From an uncultured Actinomycetes bacterium (GTDB taxonomy: Bacteria > Actinomycetota > Humimicrobiia > Humimicrobiales > Humimicrobiaceae): a stretch of 64,000 nt of DNA. The first letter of the stretch is position 1. Every line of letters begins with the position of its first letter. The DNA is taken from assembly GCA_963847665.1 (NCBI GenBank), contig CAWKAO010000003.1:638309-702308 (forward strand). The letters are read 5' to 3'. The position numbers and the translations under genes are program-made. Below, in pieces: positions 36,589 through 45,353 of the stretch. The notes under the pieces are model-generated. The model was not told the DNA's origin. It ran no database searches and saw only the letters and a program-made list of their open reading frames with translations.

Positions 36589-37368
36589 TCAAAGGACCGA
36601 ACCCTCTTCTGTTATCTCTTTTCCTGCAAGATAACCGCCGTCGACGATAAGCATCTGGCCGGTAATATATGTCGCAAGGTCTGAGCATAAAAAAGCAGTG
36701 CTTTTTGCTATCTCTTCAGGTCTTGCCCATCTGCCAAGAGGTATATAAGACTCACTTTTTTTCCTCTCTCTGCTTTTTATATGCTCATTTATTTCAGAAT
36801 CACACACGCCAGGTACAATGGCATTCACAAGTATTTTGTACTTTGCAAGGTCAATTGCAGCATTTTTTGTAAAAGTATTAATGGCCCCCTTTGTTGCAGC
36901 GTAGGCGCTGCAATTAAGTTTTCCGGTAATTCCTATTATCGATGATACATTTATTATCCTGCCTCCCTGGCCATTTTTTATCATTTCCTTAGATGCAAGT
37001 TTTGTCCCATAGAAGATGCTGTTTAGATTGACATCAAAGATCCTCCTCCATCCTTCCGGTTCTATATCAGGTAAAGACCCGCCGGCAAATATACCTGCAT
37101 TATTTATCATGAAATCTATCTTTTTAAATCTACTGACAGCTGCAGCTATAAGATCAGACATCTGGTCATAACTTGTCACGTCAGTTTTCTTATAAAGGCA
37201 ATATTTTGTTATCTTTTCAAGCTCTTTAATCGTCCTGTCTCCAATTGCCTCATCCCTTGCCGCAATAACGACCTTAGCTCCATATTTTGCCAGTTCCATT
37301 GCCATAGCTTTTCCAAGTCCCCGGGTTCCACCAGTTATGACTGCAACTTTTCCTTCTATACCAAGCAT
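36589..37368 (-). CDS. SDR family oxidoreductase (FabG/glucose dehydrogenase-like)
   Basis: TGGTRGLGKA cofactor motif and YAATKGA (YxxxK) catalytic motif. Confidence 0.85.
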   Translation of the reverse strand: MLGIEGKVAVITGGTRGLGKAMAMELAKYGAKVVIAARDEAIGDRTIKELEKITKYCLYKKTDVTSYDQMSDLIAAAVSRFKKIDFMINNAGIFAGGSLPDIEPEGWRRIFDVNLNSIFYGTKLASKEMIKNGQGGRIINVSSIIGITGKLNCSAYAATKGAINTFTKNAAIDLAKYKILVNAIVPGVCDSEINEHIKSRERKKSESYIPLGRWARPEEIAKSTAFLCSDLATYITGQMLIVDGGYLAGKEITEEGSVL

Positions 37369-37508
37369 AAAGACCTCACAAATTTCATTTTTAGTTTTTT
37401 CTAAATCTTTTATTAAGTTATAATGTTGGATAACAGAAAATACCAGTTTTAACTATATTTTAATCAATTAAAAATTATTTAAAAGCTTAGGACTATTGGA
37501 GGGACAAG

Positions 37509-39035
37509 ATGGCATATTTGATAGGTATGGATATAGGTACAAGCTCCACGAGGGCAATAATAATCGATGAAAATGGCACTCTTATAGCTTCTGCCACAAG
37601 TGATTATCCACTGATAACTCCAAAACCTGGATGGGCTGAACAGAATCCTGATGACTGGTGGAATGCATCTGTAAATGTCATAAAAAAAGTAATAGAAGTC
37701 TCGGGAATAAATGCAAAGGATATTGCTGCCATAGGGCCATCCGGTCAGATGCATGGAAGTGTTTTTCTTGACAGGGAGGGCAATGTGCTGCGGCCTGCAC
37801 TTCTATGGTGTGACCAGAGGACCCAGAAACAATGCGATGAGATCTATGAGATATTTGGATATGAAGGATTTATAAAGCTTTCATATAATAAAGCTTTAAC
37901 AGGTTTTACTGCTCCGAAGATATTGTGGTTGAGAGAAAATGAACCGGAAAACTATAAAAAAATATACAAGATACTCCTTCCAAAGGATTATATAAGATTC
38001 AAGCTGTCGGGTGTATATGCAACAGAGGTGTCTGATGGTTCAGGCACTATTCTGATGGATATAGCAAAAAGGACATGGTCCGAAGAAATACTTAAAGGCC
38101 TGAAAATAGACAGGTCCCTTCTACCGGATCTTTACGAGTCTCCCGAGATAACATCAAAAGTCAGTGCGGAAGCGGCAAGATTAACAGGCCTTGTCGAAGG
38201 AACACCAATAGTCGGTGGGGCAGGAGACCAGGCAGGAGGGGCTGTCGGTTCAGGAATTGTAATACCAGGACTTATTTCTGATTATGTCGGTACTTCAGGT
38301 GTAGTGTTTTCATATAGTGAAAAACCGGTTTATGATACCCAGGGCAGGCTGCATTCTTTCTGTCATGCCGTACCCGGTAAATGGCACCTGATGGGTGTTA
38401 CGCTTTCAGCCGCAGGTTCCCTCAAATGGTATGATGATAATTTTGGTCCAAGCAACAGGATAAAAGAGAAGTATCCTGATAAAAAAAGTTATAAGCTTCT
38501 GGATCTCCAGGCTGAAAACATCGCTGCCGGTGCAGAAGGTCTTATTTTCCTGCCATATCTATCTGGAGAGAGGACGCCATATGCTGATCCCAATGCAAGA
38601 GGAGTGTTTTTTGGCCTGTCATACCTGCATGGACAGGATCATTTTGTAAGGTCGATACTTGAAGGAGTATCATTCAGCCAGTTTGACTGCCTCTCCCTGA
38701 TGAAAGAGGTGGGGGTAACTTCTGACAAGGTCGTTCTTTTTGGAGGAGGAGCAAGAAGCAGACTCTGGAAGCAGATCATTGCAGATATATTCGATACAAG
38801 GATAGTGACCCTGAATGTAGAGGAAGGCCCGTCTTATGGCGGTGCTATTCTTGCCGGTGTGGGATGCGGGATCTATAAAAGCGTCCAGGAAGCAGCAGGA
38901 AAAGTCATAAAAGAGGTCGAGGAAATAATGCCGCGACAGGAAAATACCGAAACCTATAAGAAGATATATAATATTTACAGAGCACTCTACAGGGACCTGA
39001 AAAATAATTTTGCAGAACTTGCTGCCATATCATGA
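37509..39035 (+). CDS. xylB: xylulokinase (FGGY carbohydrate kinase)
   Basis: IGMDIGTSSTRAIIID, EQNPDDWW and GGGARSRLWKQIIADIF are FGGY/XylB hallmarks. 508 aa. Confidence 0.8.
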   Translation: MAYLIGMDIGTSSTRAIIIDENGTLIASATSDYPLITPKPGWAEQNPDDWWNASVNVIKKVIEVSGINAKDIAAIGPSGQMHGSVFLDREGNVLRPALLWCDQRTQKQCDEIYEIFGYEGFIKLSYNKALTGFTAPKILWLRENEPENYKKIYKILLPKDYIRFKLSGVYATEVSDGSGTILMDIAKRTWSEEILKGLKIDRSLLPDLYESPEITSKVSAEAARLTGLVEGTPIVGGAGDQAGGAVGSGIVIPGLISDYVGTSGVVFSYSEKPVYDTQGRLHSFCHAVPGKWHLMGVTLSAAGSLKWYDDNFGPSNRIKEKYPDKKSYKLLDLQAENIAAGAEGLIFLPYLSGERTPYADPNARGVFFGLSYLHGQDHFVRSILEGVSFSQFDCLSLMKEVGVTSDKVVLFGGGARSRLWKQIIADIFDTRIVTLNVEEGPSYGGAILAGVGCGIYKSVQEAAGKVIKEVEEIMPRQENTETYKKIYNIYRALYRDLKNNFAELAAIS

Positions 39036-39120
39036 ACATTTAAAAAAGTGATGAGCATCATTAAAAAATAACTAAATATCAAATAATATTTTTATTTGTA
39101 TTACCCTGAAAGGATGAGTT

Positions 39121-40344
39121 ATGAGAAAAAATAAAAATGAGAATCCCAGAATTGAAGTAGAAAAGATCCTGTCTGATAATGTCTTAAAACTTGAGGAAAG
39201 CCCCACTTTTGCGCTTGAAAAAAAGGTAGATGAGATCGATGCAAAGCTAAAGCAAAAAGGCGATTATGTTGTAAGGTTTGGTATAGGCCAGCCGGATTTT
39301 AATACTCCTGATAATATTAAAGAAGCTGCAAAAAAGGCGATCGATGAAAATAAGACAAAATACACAGCATCTACTGGCATCAGGGAACTTAAAATAGCAA
39401 TTACAGAAAAACTTAAAAGGGATAACGGCCTTGATTATGGTATTGAAAATATTTTTGTAGGAAATGGCGGCAAGCAGGTCCTTGATGCGATAATGCGGGC
39501 TTTTATAAATCCCGGGGATGTCGTTCTTGTACCAAGACCTTACTGGGTAAGCTATACACAGCAGGTGATCCTATCAGCGGGAATTCCTGCTGAAGTCGAT
39601 TTTAATTCCTCTTTAAAGATCGATATCGGCCACCTGAAAGATCTGGTAAGACAATACAGTGGGAGGATCAAGCTGCTTATTTTAAACAGTCCCAATAATC
39701 CTACAGGTGCTGTCTATAATAAAGATGAGATGGAAGCTGTTGCAGAGATATGCCTCGCCAACAATATTTTTATTATCTCGGACGAGGTATATGAAAAATT
39801 TATCTTTGGTGATTCAAAACACATAAGTACTGCAAGCCTTGGAAGTGATATAAAAAGGATCACGCTTACGGTAAATGCTGTTTCAAAGACATACGCGATG
39901 ACAGGCTGGAGGATCGGTTATATAGCGGCAGACAGTCCCATCATTGCCCAGATGACAAAGATCCAGGACCAGTCCACATCAAATCCATCGACCCCTGCAC
40001 AGTGGGCAGCAGTGGAAGCTATCACAGGGGACCAGGGCTCTGTTGAGGTCATGAGACAGGAATATGAAAAAAGAAGGGACTATATATATAAGAGGTTAAA
40101 CAATATAAAGGGTATGAAATGCGGCCTGCCTGAAGGGGCATTTTATGCATTTCCTGATGTGTCGAACTTCTATGGAAAGGATATAAAAAATTCATTTGAT
40201 TTTTCTGCAAAACTGCTGGAAGAAGCTTATGTCGCTGTTGTCCCTGGCGGTGCCTTTGGTGACGACAGGTCTGTAAGGATAAGTTATGCGACATCACTCG
40301 ATAAAGATAAAAGAGGGTATGGACAGGATAGAGAGATTCTGTGA
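39121..40344 (+). CDS. pyridoxal-phosphate-dependent aminotransferase (class I, aspartate aminotransferase-like); C-terminal 13 codons probably frameshifted
   Basis: PLP-Lys motif SKTYAMTGWRIGY. After RISYATSLDK the +1 frame reads IKEGMDRIERFCDSII-stop (40355-40357), which fits the family C-terminus better than the in-frame DKRGYGQDREIL. Confidence 0.85.
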   Translation: MRKNKNENPRIEVEKILSDNVLKLEESPTFALEKKVDEIDAKLKQKGDYVVRFGIGQPDFNTPDNIKEAAKKAIDENKTKYTASTGIRELKIAITEKLKRDNGLDYGIENIFVGNGGKQVLDAIMRAFINPGDVVLVPRPYWVSYTQQVILSAGIPAEVDFNSSLKIDIGHLKDLVRQYSGRIKLLILNSPNNPTGAVYNKDEMEAVAEICLANNIFIISDEVYEKFIFGDSKHISTASLGSDIKRITLTVNAVSKTYAMTGWRIGYIAADSPIIAQMTKIQDQSTSNPSTPAQWAAVEAITGDQGSVEVMRQEYEKRRDYIYKRLNNIKGMKCGLPEGAFYAFPDVSNFYGKDIKNSFDFSAKLLEEAYVAVVPGGAFGDDRSVRISYATSLDKDKRGYGQDREIL

Positions 40345-40367
40345 CTCAATAATATAAAAATAAAAGG

Positions 40368-41701
40368 ATGTTGATGAAAAAATCAGTTTTTTTGAACTTC
40401 ATCTTGATGGTTGCCCTTTTATTTTCTTTTTTTAATTTAACTGCCTGCAGTGTCAGATCTGGATCAGAAATAGGCCTGAGAGCTGACAGCCCTTCTATCG
40501 TGTGAAAAGTACCAGTATTGATATCCTTACCCAGAACACTATGTTAATACCATTTGGTTTTGTTGCACCCTCTTTTAAGGGAGAGGTCAGAGCTTATCGC
40601 GGATCTGCTGCCATCTTCTGATTTTGATATTATCGGCCTGCAGGAGGTCTTCTGGGATAGGGCACAGACAGACATAATAAGATCATGGTATGGATCATTG
40701 GAACTGTCAGATAAAAATATATATAGAATGAATCTTTTAGCTCGGATGAATATCTCTAGACAGGTCCACTGAAATAAAAAATGCTGAAGACGTTAGCGAA
40801 CTTTCTGCCAAAGACAATCCATGGGGGATAGAGGTCCTGGATGTCCGGCCTTCAGGAAATAAAGAAGCCGCAAGGATAACTTTTGGACCTTATCATGTAC
40901 TCGGACCTGATACTGGAAGTATTAATTTTTTAAAGCAGGATGGCGGGCTGCTCATCCTCTCCAGATATCCGATCATAGCTGCAAGCGCGTTCAGTTTTTC
41001 AGAACTTAGCGGTTCCGACAGGCTCTCAAATAAAGGTGTGGTCTATGCAAGGATAAAGATAGGGGACGAGCCCGGACGATTATATACATTTTTTTAATAC
41101 ACACCTGCAGTCCCACAGTTATCCAGAAACACGGTTTAATAATCTGAAAGAACTTTTTGAATTTGCCGGTAATATAATCTCAGGTGACCTGAAATATAAT
41201 AAACATATAAACCCGGTTATAATGGTCGGCGACTTTAATGTTAAAGCGGACATGCCAGATGGGTGGGTAAAAAAAGCAGGGATCATTTCGGCTGGAGACG
41301 ATTTCAGCCTGCCTGATGATTATGATGGATCTTTAAACAAGTCTGAAGATTTTGCCACATTTATGCAGATGTTTTCCGACTTTTCGGGATCCATAGAGAC
41401 ATATACAGAAACTGGTTCTTTCAATATGAAGGACCTGTGGGGCGAGCTTTTGCCTGAAGAACCGGGTTTTACCTGGATCGGTAAGGACTGGAAAGTAAAG
41501 GCATCCAACTCTTATGGGACAGACGGCAATACAGTAGCAACAGAGAAAGGTCCACCGGAAAGAATAGATTACATTTTTTATTTTGATGGTGCCGGCAATT
41601 TTAAAATATCACCCCAGTCGGCCTCCCTTTTTCCTCAAAATGAATCAGGTCTGCAGATATCTGATCATCTGGGCCTGCAGGCAAGCTTCAAGATTGATTG
41701 A
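40368..41701 (+). pseudogene. endonuclease/exonuclease/phosphatase (sphingomyelinase-like) lipoprotein gene with at least 4 frameshifts
   Basis: Signal peptide with lipobox NLTAC (40368-40505). Homologous blocks then continue in shifting frames: IDILTQNTMLIPF, DFDIIGLQEVF, DGGLLILSRYPI, NKGVVYARIKI...LYTFF, NTHLQS, VMVGDFN, RIDYIF and SDH. Confidence 0.7.
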
Positions 41702-41767
41702 TCAATATCGAATTTCTCCCTGTCTTTTTCAAGAACTTTTTAAATCGAGTAAAGCTATGTAACTATA

Positions 41768-41784
41768 TTTCACTTTAAGTGAAA
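41768..41784 (+). promoter_or_regulatory. 8+8 inverted repeat TTTCACTT-T-AAGTGAAA upstream of the chaperone operon (candidate operator)
   Basis: Perfect palindromic arms read directly, 41 nt upstream of the putative -35 box. Confidence 0.3.
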
Positions 41785-41824
41785 AATATTTTTATATTTA
41801 TATTAAAAAAACTTTGAAAAATAC

Positions 41825-41853
41825 TTGACAATCAATTTCATATGAATTAAACT
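41825..41853 (+). promoter_or_regulatory. sigma-70-like promoter TTGACA-17 nt-TAAACT
   Basis: Consensus -35 at 41825-41830, 17-nt spacer, -10-like hexamer at 41848-41853, 30 nt before the MerR-family gene. Confidence 0.4.
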
Positions 41854-41883
41854 TTTTAACAAGATAAAGGTTGGTGATAAGTA

Positions 41884-42198
41884 TTGTTTAACAATACTGA
41901 TAAAAGCTATCCTATAGAGCTGGTCGCAGAATTCTTAGGGATAAATAGCAGGACATTATATTATTACGAAAGATTCAAACTGGTCGTACCTATGAGGAGA
42001 GGCCGTAAAAGGTATTACTCCAAACTGGATATAAACTGGCTTGAATATGTCCGTGAGCTTATGTATGAACAGGGGATGAATTTACGCTCTATTATCATAC
42101 TGATAAGAAGGCGTGATGATGTGATATTGCAGATGTGCCCGGATGATGTTGTGGATTGTTTTAAGAACTATCTTGCACGTCTTGAAGACCAGTTTTAA
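41884..42198 (+). CDS. MerR family transcriptional regulator (HspR-like by context)
   Basis: 104 aa, TTG start after GGTGA. N-terminal HTH YPIELVAEFLGINSRTLYYYERFKLVVP. Sits immediately upstream of dnaK. Confidence 0.65.
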   Translation: MFNNTDKSYPIELVAEFLGINSRTLYYYERFKLVVPMRRGRKRYYSKLDINWLEYVRELMYEQGMNLRSIIILIRRRDDVILQMCPDDVVDCFKNYLARLEDQF

Positions 42199-42255
42199 TA
42201 CAAATAAGATAAATGAGTGAAAGAAAAATTATAATCAAGAAAGGAAAGATTTGAA

Positions 42256-44208
42256 ATGGGAAAAGCAGTAGGAATTGACCTGGGAACAACAAACTCCTGT
42301 ATTGCAGTGATGGAGGGAGGAAAACCTGTAGTCATCACTAATACAGAAGGTGGAAGGACTACGCCTTCAGTTGTGGCCCTGACAAAAAAAGGAGAGAGGC
42401 TTGTGGGACAGCTTGCAAAAAGGCAGGCAGCATTAAACCCTGAAAATACAGTCTACTCCATAAAAAGGTTTATCGGCAGAAAGTACAGTGAGGTGGAAAG
42501 TGAAAGAAAAATAGTATCTTACGAGGTACTTGACGGCAAGAACGGTCTTGCTGAGGTAAAGATGGCTGATAAAAATTATACACCTGAGGAAGTATCGGCA
42601 ATGATCCTGCAGAAATTAAAAGCTGATGCAGAATCATATCTCGGTACAGAGGTAACCGATGCTGTCATAACTGTACCTGCATATTTCAATGATGCACAGA
42701 GGCAGGCAACAAAAAATGCAGGCAAGATCGCTGGACTTAATGTTCTGCGTATTATAAATGAACCGACAGCGGCTTCTCTTGCTTATGGACTTGATAAAAA
42801 GAAAGAAGAAAAGATACTGGTATTTGACCTCGGTGGAGGTACTTTTGACGTTTCGGTCCTTGAAGTAGGAGAAGGTGTGTTTGAGGTAAAGTCCAGCCAT
42901 GGGGACATGCACCTTGGTGGTGATGACTATGATAACAGGATAATGAATTTTGTCGCTGATGAATTTAAAAAAGAACAGGGTATCGACCTTCGAAGCGATA
43001 GACAGGCCCTTCAGAGACTTATAGAAGCTTCTGAAAAAGCAAAAATAGAGCTTTCAAGCGTGACTGAGACAAATATCAGTCTGCCATTTATAACGGCTGA
43101 TGCAAACGGACCAAAGCATCTTGAGATCAAATTGACCCGTTCAAAATTTGAGCAGTTGACAGCAGATCTTACTGACAGGTGCAAAGGACCTATGGAAAAA
43201 GCACTGAAAGATTCAGGATATAAGGTATCAGAGCTTGACGAAGTCATACTGGTCGGTGGTGCAACAAGAATGCCTGTCATCCAGGAATTGGTAAAAAGTA
43301 TTACAGGTAAAGAGCCAAACAAGAGTGTCAACCCTGATGAAGTCGTAGCAGTCGGCGCAGGTATTCAGGCTGGTGTATTGATGGGCGACGTAAAAGATGT
43401 AGTGCTTCTTGATGTCACACCACTTTCACTTGGTATAGAGACCCTTGGCGGTGTTATGACTAGGTTGATCGAAAGAAATACGACCATACCTACAAAGAAA
43501 AGTGAGATATTTACAACTGCTGCAGACAGCCAGACAAGTGTGGATATACATGCGCTACAGGGCGAGCGTGATATGGCAACAGATAACAAGACTATTGGAC
43601 GGTTCAGGCTGGATGGTATCCCACCAGCACCGAGAGGAATACCGCAGATCGAGGTCACTTTTGACATAGATGCTAACGGTATAGTAAATGTCAGTGCCAA
43701 GGACATGGCAACAGGTAAGGAGCAGAAGATTACGATTACTGCTACCTCACACCTGACAGATTCTGAAATAGAAAAAATGGTCAACGAAGCAAAAGCTAAT
43801 GCAGATGCAGATAAGAAAAAGAGAGATATTGCAGAAGCACATAATAAGGCTGATAACCTGGCATACTCTGCTGAAAAATTATTGAAGGACCTTGGTGATA
43901 AAGCACCTGCAGACCTGAAGACAAAAATTGAGGACCAGATAAAAGTTGTCAGGAAGACCATGGAAACTAATGATCCTGAAGCCATCAATAAGGAAGTCGA
44001 GACGCTGCAAAACCTGCAGAATGAACTTTCTCAGAAGATGTATGCCCAGAGCGGCGCGCAGGCGGGCCAGGGTGCAGGACCTGGAGGCCAGGAACAGGGT
44101 CAACAGGCAGGACCAGACGCAGGTAGCGGCTCAGGCAGTGGACATGGAAATGGTGTCGATAATGAGGAGGTCATCGATGCAGAGTTTGAAGCAAAAGACG
44201 AAAAATAA
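42256..44208 (+). CDS. dnaK: molecular chaperone DnaK (Hsp70)
   Basis: [17 protein letters not shown] and VGGATRMP signatures. 650 aa. Confidence 0.97.
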   Translation: MGKAVGIDLGTTNSCIAVMEGGKPVVITNTEGGRTTPSVVALTKKGERLVGQLAKRQAALNPENTVYSIKRFIGRKYSEVESERKIVSYEVLDGKNGLAEVKMADKNYTPEEVSAMILQKLKADAESYLGTEVTDAVITVPAYFNDAQRQATKNAGKIAGLNVLRIINEPTAASLAYGLDKKKEEKILVFDLGGGTFDVSVLEVGEGVFEVKSSHGDMHLGGDDYDNRIMNFVADEFKKEQGIDLRSDRQALQRLIEASEKAKIELSSVTETNISLPFITADANGPKHLEIKLTRSKFEQLTADLTDRCKGPMEKALKDSGYKVSELDEVILVGGATRMPVIQELVKSITGKEPNKSVNPDEVVAVGAGIQAGVLMGDVKDVVLLDVTPLSLGIETLGGVMTRLIERNTTIPTKKSEIFTTAADSQTSVDIHALQGERDMATDNKTIGRFRLDGIPPAPRGIPQIEVTFDIDANGIVNVSAKDMATGKEQKITITATSHLTDSEIEKMVNEAKANADADKKKRDIAEAHNKADNLAYSAEKLLKDLGDKAPADLKTKIEDQIKVVRKTMETNDPEAINKEVETLQNLQNELSQKMYAQSGAQAGQGAGPGGQEQGQQAGPDAGSGSGSGHGNGVDNEEVIDAEFEAKDEK

Positions 44209-44262
44209 ATCTGCAAAGTAAATAATGATCTGCTCTTTTAAACAATAAAGAACAAATAAGAA

Positions 44263-44296
44263 TCTGCCCATAGCCTGTTTACAAGCTATGGGCAGA
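44263..44296 (+). terminator. perfect 12-bp hairpin between dnaK and the J-protein gene (attenuator or partial terminator candidate)
   Basis: TCTGCCCATAGC (44263-44274) and GCTATGGGCAGA (44285-44296) flank a 10-nt loop. An A/T-rich tail follows, without a clean U-run. Confidence 0.5.
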
Positions 44297-44327
44297 ATTA
44301 TATTAAAAATAAAAACAGGTGAAATGC

Positions 44328-45353
44328 ATGGAATATAAGGATTACTACAAAATATTAGGAGTAACTAAGACTGCTTCACAGGATGATATAAAAAAGGCCT
44401 ACAGGAAACTTGCAAGGCAGTATCATCCTGATGCCAATCCGGGTAATAAAGAAGCTGAAGAAAAATTTAAGACCATTGGTGAGGCCTATGAAGTATTGAA
44501 GGACCCTGAGAAAAGATCAAGGTATGACCAGCTTGGTTCAAACTGGAAGCAATATTCCCGGGCAGGTCAGGGTCAGGGCCAGCAGAGCTATACATATGAT
44601 TTTAGCGGAAGCGGATTTAACTTTGGTGATGTCGGCGGCGGATTTTCTGATTTTTTTGAGATGTTCTTTGGCAGTGGTTCTGACGAAAGATTTTCCAGCA
44701 TTTTCGGAAACAGGGGAGGTTCAAGCAGCAGAAGTGCTGGTTCCCAATCTGGCGGCAGCAAGGGCAGCCAGCAAAGCGGAGGATTCTGGGGAGCAGGAAC
44801 AGCACAGAAAGGCCAGGATTTTCAGCATGACCTGACCATTACTTTGAGGGAAGCATATTCCGGTACCCAGAGAGCCTTGAGCTTTCAAAAAGGCGGTAAA
44901 GTAAGGACTGTGAACGTAAAGATCCCAAAAGGGATAAAAGAGGGAGGCAAGGTAAGAGTAAAAGGTGAAGGTGGACAGGGAACAAGAGGCAGTGAAAGCG
45001 GTGACCTGTACCTGAAGGTCAGTATTACACCCCATAACTTCTTTACAGTCAAGGGCAGCGACCTTTATTGCGAACTGCCTGCCAGCATCGGCGAAGCGCT
45101 TTTTGGAGCAAAAATAGATGTGCCTACTTTTGATGGTGATGTATCAATGACTCTTCCCGCCGGCACACAGAGCGGCAAGACATTACGGTTGAAGGGAAAA
45201 GGAATGCCAAGTCTAAAAGGAGATGGCTCTGGGGATCTATACGTCAAGATAAAAATAGTCATCCCGGAAAAACTGACAGGGGAACAAAAAAAATACCTGG
45301 AGCAGTTTGCAAAATCTTACAGTGAAAACCCGAGGCAGGGGGTAAAGTTATGA
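44328..45353 (+). CDS. J-domain co-chaperone, class B (CbpA/DnaJ-like, no zinc-finger domain)
   Basis: DYYKILGV...HPD J-domain, G/F-rich linker and DnaJ C-terminal domains. No CxxCxGxG repeats. ATG 44328 sits 5 nt after AGGTGA (the track start 44319 is a GTG). Confidence 0.85.
   Translation: MEYKDYYKILGVTKTASQDDIKKAYRKLARQYHPDANPGNKEAEEKFKTIGEAYEVLKDPEKRSRYDQLGSNWKQYSRAGQGQGQQSYTYDFSGSGFNFGDVGGGFSDFFEMFFGSGSDERFSSIFGNRGGSSSRSAGSQSGGSKGSQQSGGFWGAGTAQKGQDFQHDLTITLREAYSGTQRALSFQKGGKVRTVNVKIPKGIKEGGKVRVKGEGGQGTRGSESGDLYLKVSITPHNFFTVKGSDLYCELPASIGEALFGAKIDVPTFDGDVSMTLPAGTQSGKTLRLKGKGMPSLKGDGSGDLYVKIKIVIPEKLTGEQKKYLEQFAKSYSENPRQGVKL

Noticed and set aside
41702-42255. CIRCE (TTAGCACTC-N9-GAGTGCTAA) or canonical HAIR element upstream of dnaK.
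   Set aside because: Neither consensus is present on reading the region. Only the different palindrome reported in the findings was seen.
43365-43988. 207-aa ORF antisense to dnaK. Similar long antisense or alternate-frame ORFs include 46189..46662 in clpB, 29704..30198, 11535..11999, 17312..17758 and 18329..18775.
   Set aside because: They lie entirely inside strongly supported conserved genes on the opposite strand or in another frame. They have low-complexity Ser/Leu/Ile-rich translations and no SD, so they are shadow ORFs.
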